Virus record (IMG/VR): IMGVR_UViG_3300020312_000001
Direction: 5' to 3' (one strand)
From: an uncultured virus (IMG/VR IMGVR_UViG_3300020312_000001)
Lineage: Duplodnaviria; Heunggongvirae; Uroviricota; Caudoviricetes; Crassvirales
DNA: 64,000 bases
Both the position numbers and the translations under genes were made by a program. Positions 27,536 through 39,133 of the stretch are shown in pieces. The notes below the pieces were generated by a model. The model was not told the origin of the DNA, searched no databases, and saw only the letters and a list, made by a program, of their open reading frames with translations. Positions within the stretch are counted from its first letter, which is position 1, and every line of letters starts with the position of its first letter.

Positions 27536-28906
27536 ATGGGGTTATTAGAACAAAGTCAATTTACATATTATTCAACTCCTAGTGAATATGGGAATTATCA
27601 ATTTGTAACATTAGACAATATAATAAATGCTTTCGTGCTAGCTTACACTGGTGAAGGTAAGTTGATAACAAAAGTGAATAGAACTGATGTTCAATTTCAT
27701 GCCATGCGTGCTATACAAGAATTATCTTATGATGTGCTTAGAGCTATAAAAACTCAAGAAATAGAAGTACCAAATACTTTAAAAATGATACTGCCACACG
27801 ATTATGTTAATTATGTGAAGATTTCTAAAGTTGATACAGCTGGTACAGAGCTTAATTTATATGCAACTGGTAAAACCTCAAATCCATTCGCTATAGATCA
27901 GCAAGCTGATGGTTCTTATACTTATAATAGTGATAATGATAAAAGAAGGTTTACGGTACGAATTCCTGAAAACCCAGAGACTAGCATTAATGATGGAGAT
28001 TTCTTGTATATACCATATATAGCTTTATCAGATTCACTTGGGTATATGGGTAATCCTGTTATGCAAAAAGCACATTTTATATTTGAAACCGCGGGTGGTT
28101 TCGCTGGTAATGGTCCTTATCCAGTAGACAGCGATTGGCCTAGATTCGGTATTCGAATTAACCCAGGAGATACACACGTAGATGTGGCTAATAAATTAGC
28201 GAATAAATTTGCAGACTTTGGTCATCATACTGTCATTTCAAATGTAAATGGTCTTTTAACAGTAGAATACAGTGATGGGTATACACATGGAGGTGGTACT
28301 GCTACAACCCCTAATTCCATGGATACAGAGGGTGCTTACACAGAAAGTACCAACCCTGCATCAGGTGGTGCTAACAACACTAATATAGTTATAACAATAC
28401 CTAACGCTGGTGGTGCACCTAGTAGTGGTGTTTTAAATGAACAATCAGGTGGTAGTGATTCTTCTCAAAACTTTCAAAATATTGAATCACAAACTCAAGA
28501 TATTACTTCAAGTGATGCCTCTGATATCGAACTAGATTATAGAGGTAGAAGATATGGTTTAGACCCTCAATATGCTCACAGGCACGGTTCTTTCTATATA
28601 GATTACCTTAGAGGTTATATTCATTTTAGTTCTGCTTTAGTTGGTCAAACTATTGTATTAAAATATATAAGTGATGGACTTGGAACAGATGAAGAAATGG
28701 TTGTGCATAAATTCTGTGAAGAAGCTATTTACAAATGGATAGCTTATGGTATTGTTTCAACTAGATCAAATATACCTGATTCTATAATTGCTAGATTTAA
28801 AATGGAGAAGTTCGCAGAAACTAGAAAAGCAAAAATAAGATTATCAAATATTAAGATAGAAGAATTCACCCAAATATTAAGAGGTATGGGTAAACAAATA
28901 AAATAG
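27536..28906 (+). CDS. putative tail ring protein with central insertion
   Basis: Conserved-looking ends ('LPHDYVNYVKIS', 'LKYISDGL') around a G/S/T-rich middle. Confidence 0.55.
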   Translation: MGLLEQSQFTYYSTPSEYGNYQFVTLDNIINAFVLAYTGEGKLITKVNRTDVQFHAMRAIQELSYDVLRAIKTQEIEVPNTLKMILPHDYVNYVKISKVDTAGTELNLYATGKTSNPFAIDQQADGSYTYNSDNDKRRFTVRIPENPETSINDGDFLYIPYIALSDSLGYMGNPVMQKAHFIFETAGGFAGNGPYPVDSDWPRFGIRINPGDTHVDVANKLANKFADFGHHTVISNVNGLLTVEYSDGYTHGGGTATTPNSMDTEGAYTESTNPASGGANNTNIVITIPNAGGAPSSGVLNEQSGGSDSSQNFQNIESQTQDITSSDASDIELDYRGRRYGLDPQYAHRHGSFYIDYLRGYIHFSSALVGQTIVLKYISDGLGTDEEMVVHKFCEEAIYKWIAYGIVSTRSNIPDSIIARFKMEKFAETRKAKIRLSNIKIEEFTQILRGMGKQIK

Positions 28907-28910
28907 TATT

Positions 28911-31900
28911 ATGCCAGAAATTAAACACGATTTTTCTGCCGGTAAAATGAACAAAGATCTCGATGAGAGAATTGTTCCCAACGGTCAATATAGAAATGCC
29001 ATAAACGTGCAGATTAGAACAACTAGTTCTGATGGCTCACAGGGTAATGCTGGTACAGTTCAAAACCTACAAGGTAATAGAGAGATTAAACCTGCATCAG
29101 GTTTAAGTGGGGTTAGCTTTGAAAAAGAATATGTTAACAATGTTGATTTCGAAGGAGTAAATGAAAGTAGATTTGTAGGTAGTGTTTTAAATGAAAAAGA
29201 AAACACAATGTATGCTTTTTTAGCTGGACCAAATATAGATTCTATTTTACCATCTCTATCCAATTCTCCATCAGCTATAACGCAACCAAAGGTAATCTAT
29301 GACCACATAATAAAAGTCACTTCTGAAAACACACCCACATACTCTCCTGTTTTTAATGACCTACATGCTTATATAGACACAGGAACTAATGTAATTGACT
29401 CTAATATCGCGAACACTACTCTTGGTGCTGGTTGGAAAGATTTACCGGTCAACTTGGGTATTGTAGATACACTAGTTTCTGGTTACGTTAGACCAGGTAT
29501 GCTTGTTACTTTTTATAATTCTTCTGGAGAAAAATTGATAGAGGATTCAGAAGTATGGGTTGCAAGAAATGCTGTGGGAGGTAACTATATATCATTTTAT
29601 GACGAACAAGAAAGTTTAGTATTAAGTGATGTAAGTTACATTTCTTTTATAGCACCTAGGGTTTTGAGACTTAATAATAAATCACTAATAACCGGTATAA
29701 ATATTATAGATGATTTATTGTTTTGGACAGATAACGAAGGAGAACCTAAAAAAATAAATATAAAAAGATCTATAGCTGGTACACCAGATTTTAAAAATCA
29801 TACTAAGCTAAAATTATCAAATCCAAACGATAGAGATGAACTTTGGGACTTTGTTCAAACAGATGACATTACTCAACCTTTTCACGAAAAACCAACATCA
29901 CCTTCTGTTAACAATTATGTAAAAGAAGAACATATAACTGTTATAAGAAAAGCCCCATTAGTAGCTCCATCTATAGAAATGAAAGATACTGATAGATCAG
30001 GAGAAATATCGGTTAGTGGTTTTATGTTTGATTTTGCCACATATAATGATGATAATTCCTCCATAAGTGTAGGGCAAGTATTTTCTATTCCTCATGCTTT
30101 GGATTTAGATGGTGTCGCTAGTACTTATTCTAACGCAACCACTTCAGAATCAAATGATCCAACTATATTTAATAATCTAAACGTTAAAGAAGGTGATATA
30201 ATTAAAATAACAGAAGAGACAGATGACTTTGATAGTTATTTAAGATGTTTAGTAACTAGTGTTGTGATTAATGATGATGGGTACAAAGTAATATCATTAG
30301 AAGTATTATCTATAAATAAAACTTTACAGCAAACGCAGTATAACACGACTGGTGATACACCAACACCAATAATAGCAGGATCTGGATTTTGGCAATTAGA
30401 ACTAGAACAACCTGATCCTTATTTCGAATTAAAATTTGGTAGATTTGGGTGTAGATATAAATATGAAGATGGTGAGTATTCTAATTATGGACCTTGGTCT
30501 GAGATAGTTTTTTTACCCGGCGCTTTTGATTTAGACCATAAGAGGGGTTACAATGTTGGTATGGCTAACAACACTAGAAGCATAAAAATAAAAGACTTTA
30601 TACCACATCAAAGAGTTAAACCTAATGATATGGTAGCCGTTGATATACTATATAAAAACACTGAATCTCCAAATGTTTATGTTGTTAAAACTATAGCTAG
30701 AGGTAGAGATCCAGAGTGGGATCTTTTTACAGATGCAACAGCTGATGAGTTAAGTGATAAATATAAACAAGTATCACCGGGCTTATTAACTGGTGGTCCA
30801 ACTTTTGGTGAACTATCTATAACATCAGAAATGATACATAAAGCTCTACCTGCTAATCAAACATTAAGAGCTTGGGACAACGTACCATTAGTAGCTAAAG
30901 CTCAAGAAATAGCAGCTAATAGGCTTGTTTATGGTAATTTTGAATTTGGTTATGAAATAAAAAATTCTCCAGGTTTAAAAAGAAAAAGAAAAAATAGACG
31001 TAAAGAAAATGAGAATGGACAATGGGTAACTACTACTTATGATTCTGATAACGTTTATAGCATGCAAGAACCTGGTAAATCTCTAAAATCAATGAGAGAT
31101 TATACTATTGGTATGGTTTTTGGAGATAAATATGGTAGAGAAACACCAATCATATCACCTGGTTATGTAGAAGAACTTATATCTGGTAATCAAACTAGAT
31201 TTAACATAATAGATCCTAATCTAAATATATCAAAAGAAAATGCTCCAAATGCTAATCAATTAGTTTTAGAACAACTATGGGGACAAGATTATGATAGTAT
31301 TCCAGATGATTGGATATCTTATGTCAAGTATTATATAAAAGAAACAACCAATGAATATTATAATATAGTAATGGATCGTTGGTATGAAGCTGAAGATGGT
31401 AATATATGGATATCATTTGCTTCTGCAGATAGAAATAAAATAACTGAGGAAACATATTTAATCTTAAAGAATGAACATGGTTATAATACACCTGTTTTAG
31501 AAAAAGCTAGATACAAGGTTTTAGCTATAGAAAATGAAGCTCCAGATTTTGTAAAAAGAGCTTATAAAAACATGGGTAGAGTTGAGATATCTGGACCTAA
31601 TAATATATATTCATTAGAAGATTATATAATCGATGGATCCACTTATAATGATACTCTACAAATAGCACCTACAAAATTACAAGCGGGAACAAAAATAGCT
31701 ATTGGAGCAGATGCTTGGGGTGGTTTTCTTGATGGTTATGATAATCCTGAAGGTGACTTAGAAATAAGAGTTGTTGGTGTTAGTGGTAATGAAGAATACT
31801 CTCAAGCGGACGGTTGGAGACTAGTAACATATCATCATAAAAAAGAATGTGATCCAGATGACGCTGAATGTGAAGACAATGGTGTTGGTGCTTTAAGATG

Positions 31901-34900
31901 GGATAAACCATTTGGATCAGGAGCTGACATGCAAGAAGCTCTTTCTACTATAATTGGACAAAATCCATTACAAGAATTATACTATTATTTAGATTTTAGA
32001 GAAGTTGTTACTAGAAACCTACCAGAATTTGATGGTAAGTTTTTTGTTAAAATAGAGAGAAACGAATTACTAAAAAACAAAGTTCTAGGTGTAACAGCTG
32101 AGTCTGTAGACTACGATGTAGTTTCTGTATTAGAGACTACTTATATTGAAAATGCTGAATACAACCCTTCAGATACAAACTCAATTGAGAATGCTGCTAT
32201 GCCTAGAAGAAATTACAAGTGGCATAGAAATGATGCTGGTGATGTTTTTGATCCTGGTGATGATAATGGACCTGTTAACGCTGAAACAAATCTTACACCA
32301 GGTAGCATAGTTTCCAATGTAGCTACTAATTGGTTTTGGTGGGATACTAGGTATTGTAGAGGTACATCTGCTGCTGATGGTACTGTAGGTGGGTGTCATA
32401 GTAGGGATGCTGAGTATATGGCTCTTGGTTGTAGTGATATGGACGGTCTTACAAATGGTACCTACATAAATAATCCAGCTGACCAAGATAGAAATCAGGT
32501 GGTTTATAATAGAGCTAAAGAAACAGCGGGTTTTTGGTTATGGTATCGAGGTCAAACTGGTAGTACTGAAGGCGAGGATGCTCATGGTGTTAGACCTTTT
32601 ATAGATGGTTTTAGAGCTTTTAGAACTAAAAAAATAAATGATATTACTAGTTACAATGAGTGGGATAATAGTAACTACGATCAAGATACATGGACGGAAG
32701 ACGGTTCTCCTTATGGTATTGGGAGTGCAACCAATTACTATAAACCAACTGGTATAACACATGGACAATTATCTAGTCCAGCTGGACAACTTGAACAGTT
32801 TGGTCCTACAACTAATACTTTAGGTAGAATGACAATGAGTGTCCTAGGGGCATGGAGTACGGATGAAAACACAAATGAGTGGAAACTAATGGATTCTATG
32901 ACAAACTATGGCACATTATTTAGATTTGCAAATGATCCAAGGGGAGCGATATATAAAGTAGTTAGTGCTTCTAGTGAGATAGATTATTTCCAACATAGAA
33001 ATCACGCTCAACGTGACTCTGATTCACCTGGATTAGATGGTGGAAGTAATTCTTGTGATTGGGGTCAATGGAGTCAAAATACAACATATTGGGGATTTGG
33101 ACAGTTCACGGATGTCGACGATGGCACTGTGTTAGGTGGTTGGGACATGAATCCAAATTACGTGGATAATAATAATGCTGCAACAGCATCAAGTGATAAT
33201 TGCTCGGGAACTCCACCATTGAATTCTCAAGGAATTGAAAATCCCTCTGGTGGAGGAAGTGGGGGTAATTCATGGGTAAATGTTAATTTTACAAACAATG
33301 ATCCACAAAGAATTACATCAGAAAATCCAAATGGCTTTGACTCGGTTGTAAATGGTACTACAGGTAGTGGTCAGATAAAAGCAGGTGGATCTAGTAACGC
33401 TTCATACTGGTGGCATAATACCACAGTTTGTGGACAATGTGGCGATATGTGGTGGTTTGAAGATACATTTGACTCAGTTGGTAATACTGGTGGTAGTGTT
33501 AATGCATTTAGTCAGCCCTGGGCAATTAGATCTTGTGTTAGAAGTAGTTTTACTTTTGAGTTTAGAAGATTTGATCCAACAGTAAATGGTCTAATGAAAG
33601 ATGATGACAATGTACCAGGTGTACTGGGTATAGAAACCGATGTTTGGGATCCAAGAGGATCTGTTTGTCACGACGGTAGAGAACCTATGGATATAGAGAT
33701 ATTAACAGGAACTAGAGTTGGTGGAGAAGTTGTTATACCAACAAAGAATGCTGCTGTTTGGGAAACAGAACCAACGGAAGATGTTGGTTTAGATTTATAC
33801 TATGAAGCTTCAAATGCGATACCGATACATTTAAATAAAGATACTGCGAATACCTACATACCACACGGATGTAGAGTTGATATATTGAAATATGAAAATG
33901 GTACCTATCAAGACGCGGTATCTCCTTTTACATCGGGGGATTTAGATAACGACGGGGCGGTTGATGATCTAGTGACTCTCCCAGGAACGTATTACGTTGA
34001 TCACATTGGTCACACTAGAGATAATTCAGTTATAGCTATTAAAGGTTTGATTACCACGTTAGATGAAGAATCATCTGGATCAATCGTGGATAGTTATTAT
34101 ACTAGATTAATAAATTTCGGTATAGATTTAACAACTGACAAATACGTTAGATTCTACCACCCCGATGGTAGTACAACTATGGCTAAGTTAATAGAACACA
34201 TGATCCCTGAGGACGAACAGGAAGTTGGTGGTGATACAGAAACTAGATTTTTTCCATCCTCAACACAAACAGGTTATTTTAAACTAGATACAGATGTTTG
34301 GAAACTACCAGTTGAGTTAAGTTGGCACAATTGTTATACTTTTACAAACGGTGTAGAATCAGACAGAATAAGAGATGATTATAACGCCAACACTATAGAC
34401 AATGGTGTTAAAGTGTCAACGACATTTATAGATTATGGTAGAGAGAAGAGAAACAGTGGTATGATATACTCGGGTATATATAATTCAACTTCTGGAAAAA
34501 ATAACTTGAATGAATTTAATATGGCAGAGAAGATAACTAAAGATCTAAACCCGTCTTATGGTTCAATACAAAGATTGAAAACAAGAGACACAGATATGGT
34601 TGTGTTAACTGAGGATAAAGTTCTTAGAGTTATAACAAACAAAGATGCACTATACAACGCTGATGGAAACCCACAGTTGTTAGCAACAAATAGAGTGCTA
34701 GGTACCGCTACACCATTTTCTGGAGACTATGGTATATCACAAAACCCAGAATCATTAGCTTGGGATCAATATAGAATGTATTTTACTGATAAACAGAGAG
34801 GTGCTGTATTGAGATTATCAAGAGATGGATTAACACCTATATCAGATGTTGGTATGAAAACTTATTTTAGAGATAAACTTAGAGGTAGTTTCAAAGCATT

Positions 34901-35663
34901 AGGAACATATGATTCAGTTAATGGGGAATATAATTTAACTATCGATGATAACACGACAGTTTCTTTTAATGAAGAATCTAAGGGTTGGGTTAGTTTTAAA
35001 TCTTTTTACCCTCAGATTGGTGGAAGTGTTAGTGGTAATTACATAACAGCTATTAGTAAATCAATTGGAACTAGTGATCCATCTACTGGTATTTTTCATC
35101 ACTACAGAGATTATATAAGTGGGGGTAAGGTGATTAATAGAAATACTTTTTACGCTTTAGATAGTCAATATGCTGCAAACGATTATGGTTTTTATTTCGA
35201 TGGATCGCGTTTAGATTTTTTAATAAATGAATCACCTGGAGATATAAAAGAATTTGTAGCTTTCACCTATGAGGGGTCTCAAGCTAAAATTGAACCATTT
35301 GCTACAGTTGTTAATCAAACACAACCAGATGGTTCTATGTTTAGTAATAACGATATCACAGGTGTTATGGATGGTGAATACTATAATTTAACTAGACAAA
35401 GAGGTTGGAGTGTGTCTCGCATTAAAACAGATAATTCTTCATTTGCTAATTTTAATAATGGTAGTTCTTATTGGAAACAAAAGGAAGGAAAGTGGTATAC
35501 TTATGTAAGAGGTGGAGTTAGAACAAATTATTTAACAGATGAGGAACTAGAGGAATTTAGCGTACAAGGCATAGGTAATAGCATTGCTCCACCATCTTCA
35601 GGGGATAGCGTTGAGAATATAACTATACAAATACAAAACGAAGATGATAACGAATTTAATTAA
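28911..35663 (+). CDS. large tail protein (2250 aa; stabilisation/nozzle-like)
   Basis: N-terminus 'KMNKDLDERIVPNGQYRNAINV' and C-terminal 'YGISQNPES...YFTDKQRGAVLRLS' recall short-tail nozzle proteins; contains large inserted regions. Confidence 0.65.
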   Translation: MPEIKHDFSAGKMNKDLDERIVPNGQYRNAINVQIRTTSSDGSQGNAGTVQNLQGNREIKPASGLSGVSFEKEYVNNVDFEGVNESRFVGSVLNEKENTMYAFLAGPNIDSILPSLSNSPSAITQPKVIYDHIIKVTSENTPTYSPVFNDLHAYIDTGTNVIDSNIANTTLGAGWKDLPVNLGIVDTLVSGYVRPGMLVTFYNSSGEKLIEDSEVWVARNAVGGNYISFYDEQESLVLSDVSYISFIAPRVLRLNNKSLITGINIIDDLLFWTDNEGEPKKINIKRSIAGTPDFKNHTKLKLSNPNDRDELWDFVQTDDITQPFHEKPTSPSVNNYVKEEHITVIRKAPLVAPSIEMKDTDRSGEISVSGFMFDFATYNDDNSSISVGQVFSIPHALDLDGVASTYSNATTSESNDPTIFNNLNVKEGDIIKITEETDDFDSYLRCLVTSVVINDDGYKVISLEVLSINKTLQQTQYNTTGDTPTPIIAGSGFWQLELEQPDPYFELKFGRFGCRYKYEDGEYSNYGPWSEIVFLPGAFDLDHKRGYNVGMANNTRSIKIKDFIPHQRVKPNDMVAVDILYKNTESPNVYVVKTIARGRDPEWDLFTDATADELSDKYKQVSPGLLTGGPTFGELSITSEMIHKALPANQTLRAWDNVPLVAKAQEIAANRLVYGNFEFGYEIKNSPGLKRKRKNRRKENENGQWVTTTYDSDNVYSMQEPGKSLKSMRDYTIGMVFGDKYGRETPIISPGYVEELISGNQTRFNIIDPNLNISKENAPNANQLVLEQLWGQDYDSIPDDWISYVKYYIKETTNEYYNIVMDRWYEAEDGNIWISFASADRNKITEETYLILKNEHGYNTPVLEKARYKVLAIENEAPDFVKRAYKNMGRVEISGPNNIYSLEDYIIDGSTYNDTLQIAPTKLQAGTKIAIGADAWGGFLDGYDNPEGDLEIRVVGVSGNEEYSQADGWRLVTYHHKKECDPDDAECEDNGVGALRWDKPFGSGADMQEALSTIIGQNPLQELYYYLDFREVVTRNLPEFDGKFFVKIERNELLKNKVLGVTAESVDYDVVSVLETTYIENAEYNPSDTNSIENAAMPRRNYKWHRNDAGDVFDPGDDNGPVNAETNLTPGSIVSNVATNWFWWDTRYCRGTSAADGTVGGCHSRDAEYMALGCSDMDGLTNGTYINNPADQDRNQVVYNRAKETAGFWLWYRGQTGSTEGEDAHGVRPFIDGFRAFRTKKINDITSYNEWDNSNYDQDTWTEDGSPYGIGSATNYYKPTGITHGQLSSPAGQLEQFGPTTNTLGRMTMSVLGAWSTDENTNEWKLMDSMTNYGTLFRFANDPRGAIYKVVSASSEIDYFQHRNHAQRDSDSPGLDGGSNSCDWGQWSQNTTYWGFGQFTDVDDGTVLGGWDMNPNYVDNNNAATASSDNCSGTPPLNSQGIENPSGGGSGGNSWVNVNFTNNDPQRITSENPNGFDSVVNGTTGSGQIKAGGSSNASYWWHNTTVCGQCGDMWWFEDTFDSVGNTGGSVNAFSQPWAIRSCVRSSFTFEFRRFDPTVNGLMKDDDNVPGVLGIETDVWDPRGSVCHDGREPMDIEILTGTRVGGEVVIPTKNAAVWETEPTEDVGLDLYYEASNAIPIHLNKDTANTYIPHGCRVDILKYENGTYQDAVSPFTSGDLDNDGAVDDLVTLPGTYYVDHIGHTRDNSVIAIKGLITTLDEESSGSIVDSYYTRLINFGIDLTTDKYVRFYHPDGSTTMAKLIEHMIPEDEQEVGGDTETRFFPSSTQTGYFKLDTDVWKLPVELSWHNCYTFTNGVESDRIRDDYNANTIDNGVKVSTTFIDYGREKRNSGMIYSGIYNSTSGKNNLNEFNMAEKITKDLNPSYGSIQRLKTRDTDMVVLTEDKVLRVITNKDALYNADGNPQLLATNRVLGTATPFSGDYGISQNPESLAWDQYRMYFTDKQRGAVLRLSRDGLTPISDVGMKTYFRDKLRGSFKALGTYDSVNGEYNLTIDDNTTVSFNEESKGWVSFKSFYPQIGGSVSGNYITAISKSIGTSDPSTGIFHHYRDYISGGKVINRNTFYALDSQYAANDYGFYFDGSRLDFLINESPGDIKEFVAFTYEGSQAKIEPFATVVNQTQPDGSMFSNNDITGVMDGEYYNLTRQRGWSVSRIKTDNSSFANFNNGSSYWKQKEGKWYTYVRGGVRTNYLTDEELEEFSVQGIGNSIAPPSSGDSVENITIQIQNEDDNEFN

Positions 35664-35674
35664 TAAATACTAAA

Positions 35675-37330
35675 ATGGCAGAACAACTTTATATTTTAGA
35701 AACATTTCCAATACAAGTTTCACCTGGTGGCACTTGGGCTCAAAAAGATGTTCCTGATTTTTCATTAAACACTTCTGCCGTTGGAGATGGTGTTGCTGAT
35801 GGAGGTAACATACCACTTTATGGTAGGATAAAGTCGATTGACGACCAGCAATATTCTGTTTCTGTTGGTGACTTTAATATAGGTAATTACTATGCAAGCA
35901 ACTCGGGTTTAGATGGTTTAAATAGTATTGTACCGGACGGAGGTAACGCGGATGATGCTATTGACACCATGGTTTTTAGGAAAGAATTTGTTAATGGGGA
36001 ATTAGGTCAAGCTCCTAATCCCGCGAATAATGCTACCATTGTTTTACCACAGGGCGTGCAAAAGATTGTTCTTAGAGATGCTCTTGAGTGGGGTTCATTC
36101 ACAAACTCGATTCAGTCAGGTTGCACACCTGTTGGACAAATGGTGGGCATAATGTATAATTATGTTGAAGTTTTAGTTTACTTAGATCCGCTTTTTGAAA
36201 TAGGTAACCAAAATATAGATACTATAATTGACATAGATGGTAATGGTAACGAAATATGCGGGCAAACACCTAGTTTATACGGCGGCGGTGATATTCGTGT
36301 AGTTGTTGAATTAGCTGGTAAGAGAAACAGCATATATCTTGATGAAAATGGATTAGTTCAAGCAGATGGAGAACCTCATTGTACAATAGCTGCTTATCCA
36401 TGGGGTATTGCGGGCGGTGGATTTACTAACAACTTTAATATGAACATGACTGGAACAGGTGATTCGTTGGAAGGTGATGGAACGGAAGCTTCTATTAATT
36501 TTACTCCTCAAACGTTTGGAAGCTCAGAATACTTACAGAGTGCGAGTCAGCCTAACATTTATCAACCATGGTGGTTTTATATAATACCAGATGAGGGATA
36601 TACTATTTCAAAAGATCTTCTATGGGTACAGCACGACCTCGAGGATACTAACTACATGTCTCCTAGTTCTGACATGTGGAGTTATTGCAATAATTGTCCA
36701 AGTGGTATGTTATCTGACGCTAGGAGGTTTAGTTTCAATCGGTATCACGATGAAATATCGGCTGTTGAGACTGAGTATATAGTTGGTGGAGATATACCTA
36801 GCACATCTGCTTTTAATCAATTTCCACCGTTTGGAATCACTACAGGGGACTGGTATGCATCAACACACCATCAAGCTATAAAAATACAGAAAGATGGAGT
36901 CTTAATGAACTACAGCGATTTAAATGATATGAGTTCCGCGGTTGGTTTAGGTTGGGGACAGATAGTATTCATGAACTCCGGTTTATCTTATACCGCGCCT
37001 AGCAATAGTACTAATTATGGTGAGTATGTTGTTGGTGAGGGTGTTGAAGATTTTGATTGGAGTGTTTATGGTGCAGGTGAATACTTTGTAAACACGTGGC
37101 TTCAAACACCAGAGTATCAACCAGCAAACTCTGCATATATGTTTCCACCTAATTGGTGTGCTAATGATTTTTTAGGCAATAAAGTTGTAGTTGGACTTAA
37201 TAATTTACACACCTTCCAACCGGCTGAAAATGGTAATCCTCAAGAGTTAAGAATAAGAATATACGGAGCAGCTGTACCTATAGTAGACGAGGAGTGTTGT
37301 AACGCATTTTTTGAAATCAATTGTGAATAA
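35675..37330 (+). CDS. putative tail or receptor-binding protein
   Basis: 551 aa, acidic and rich in G/N/aromatic residues; lies in the tail block. Confidence 0.55.
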   Translation: MAEQLYILETFPIQVSPGGTWAQKDVPDFSLNTSAVGDGVADGGNIPLYGRIKSIDDQQYSVSVGDFNIGNYYASNSGLDGLNSIVPDGGNADDAIDTMVFRKEFVNGELGQAPNPANNATIVLPQGVQKIVLRDALEWGSFTNSIQSGCTPVGQMVGIMYNYVEVLVYLDPLFEIGNQNIDTIIDIDGNGNEICGQTPSLYGGGDIRVVVELAGKRNSIYLDENGLVQADGEPHCTIAAYPWGIAGGGFTNNFNMNMTGTGDSLEGDGTEASINFTPQTFGSSEYLQSASQPNIYQPWWFYIIPDEGYTISKDLLWVQHDLEDTNYMSPSSDMWSYCNNCPSGMLSDARRFSFNRYHDEISAVETEYIVGGDIPSTSAFNQFPPFGITTGDWYASTHHQAIKIQKDGVLMNYSDLNDMSSAVGLGWGQIVFMNSGLSYTAPSNSTNYGEYVVGEGVEDFDWSVYGAGEYFVNTWLQTPEYQPANSAYMFPPNWCANDFLGNKVVVGLNNLHTFQPAENGNPQELRIRIYGAAVPIVDEECCNAFFEINCE

Positions 37331-38673
37331 TGAGTAAAGAAGTTTTATTAAACGGTAACACTATAGAGGTTTTAGAAACAAATTTTAATTTGTCTACTAA
37401 AACCGTAAACTCTGGTTTTAGTAATCAAAAAACTGTTCTTACGTTTTCTGGTAGACTTAAAAAAAATAAACCGACTATGGTTGGCACTATAAGTTTAACA
37501 ACAGAACAAGACCCTGGCAAAGGTCATATTAAGAGGTTGGTTAAAAAATCTAAATTAGATAGCGTTAATAATATAGGCTTAGGTAGTAACTTAAAATTAG
37601 TATTAAAATCAACTAACAAAGATATTGAAGGAAATATCACAGGTCATATCTATGACGTTATTTTTACAGCTAAAGAAACTACTAGTAAGAGTAATAAATT
37701 AACATATTCTTTAGTTAATAATCCTAGAGTTATTAGAAACGAACACAAGTCTGGTGTTAATAGAGAAGACAAAGGAGCTTCTTTTATAGAGTCTATTCAA
37801 GTTGGTAGTAAAAACATAAGTCCATCTGGAGCTAAATATAGAATACAACTAACTGGTATACCGTACACTTGGTTTAACGTGAAAATTGGAGAAGTGGTTA
37901 GTGGAGAAGTTGAAACATTTATAACTAATCCAAAATTATCTAAAGAAGGTTTATTAAACGCGCAGTTAGATAGTAGTGGTAAGTATTCGTTTACACAAAT
38001 TTTTCCATCAACAACAACAGACAAGAGATACGATGTACATGTTCAAGTTTTGAAACCTAATGCTAAATCACCTGTAGTACCTGAGTTATCATATGATGGT
38101 GTTGGATTTTCTAAAAAATTACTATCTGGAACATGGAAAGCTAGTATACCTGGTTGGGAAGGTTGGTTAACAAGAAGTTTTACTCAAAGAACTAAAGCCT
38201 GCCAATTAACAATGAGGTTAACAACAACAGATAGTCACGCTAAGATAAATGGAGTAACTGTAGTTCCTTATAATCACGATAGTGACGGAGGTACAGCTAA
38301 TGTTCAAGTACACGATAAAGTTTTTAGAGGACAAAGAGGTTTAGGTTCTACAACTAGTTATCCAATTAGATATGTCTTATCAGGTAGAACATATACAACT
38401 AAATCTGGAGCTGGAGGTGCGAGTCCTTTTAATATTGGAGGTGAGAACACTTTTGGTGTCCCCAAGTTTTCTAATACAACTAAAGTTTTATCTGATTGGA
38501 CTAATTCAGTTTACACAGATAATAATGGAACATTAATTAGTATAAACGATATTAGTGTTAGTGGAAGTGGAACAAGTAACTACATTTTATCATTTGTTGT
38601 TTTTGTAGAATCATTTGGTAGAACAGATACTATAATGTCTTTAGATTTAGACTCTATTGTATCAATAACTTAA
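37330..38673 (+). CDS. putative tail-associated protein
   Basis: 447 aa, beta-rich; start overlaps the upstream stop. Confidence 0.55.
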   Translation: MSKEVLLNGNTIEVLETNFNLSTKTVNSGFSNQKTVLTFSGRLKKNKPTMVGTISLTTEQDPGKGHIKRLVKKSKLDSVNNIGLGSNLKLVLKSTNKDIEGNITGHIYDVIFTAKETTSKSNKLTYSLVNNPRVIRNEHKSGVNREDKGASFIESIQVGSKNISPSGAKYRIQLTGIPYTWFNVKIGEVVSGEVETFITNPKLSKEGLLNAQLDSSGKYSFTQIFPSTTTDKRYDVHVQVLKPNAKSPVVPELSYDGVGFSKKLLSGTWKASIPGWEGWLTRSFTQRTKACQLTMRLTTTDSHAKINGVTVVPYNHDSDGGTANVQVHDKVFRGQRGLGSTTSYPIRYVLSGRTYTTKSGAGGASPFNIGGENTFGVPKFSNTTKVLSDWTNSVYTDNNGTLISINDISVSGSGTSNYILSFVVFVESFGRTDTIMSLDLDSIVSIT

Positions 38674-38683
38674 AAAAACTAAT

Positions 38684-39076
38684 ATGAATTTATTCTCAAT
38701 ATTTTTTAAATACCCTATAAACACATCTGTTCAAGAGGGTGATACGGCTCATTACGTTTCAACAACTGGAAACTTTACTGCTGGTGGTTTTACGCTAAAT
38801 TCTAGCGCATCACCAACGCCAACAAAGCTTGGTAAAATAGTAAAAATACAACCTATGGATACTAATGGTGATAACAACTGGGACACAGTTGAAATAGAAA
38901 TAGATTTAATAACCGACAGTACTCCTAACATAGGAGATTTTATAATGTTTAGTAAGAGTAGACAGGCTAATGTATCTTCTAGTAAAGGTTACTATGCTGA
39001 GGTTAGAATGAATAATGATTCTAAGGAACCAGCTGAGTTATTCACGGTGGGTTGCGAGGTGGTTGGTAGTAGCTAA
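38684..39076 (+). CDS. putative tail protein
   Basis: 130 aa; 'INTSVQEGD...GDFIMFSK...KGYYAEV...AELF'. Confidence 0.6.
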   Translation: MNLFSIFFKYPINTSVQEGDTAHYVSTTGNFTAGGFTLNSSASPTPTKLGKIVKIQPMDTNGDNNWDTVEIEIDLITDSTPNIGDFIMFSKSRQANVSSSKGYYAEVRMNNDSKEPAELFTVGCEVVGSS

Positions 39077-39133
39077 ATATTTTAGAAAAAATGTAACTAT
39101 ATAATAAGTAAATAATAAACTAAAGAAATAATC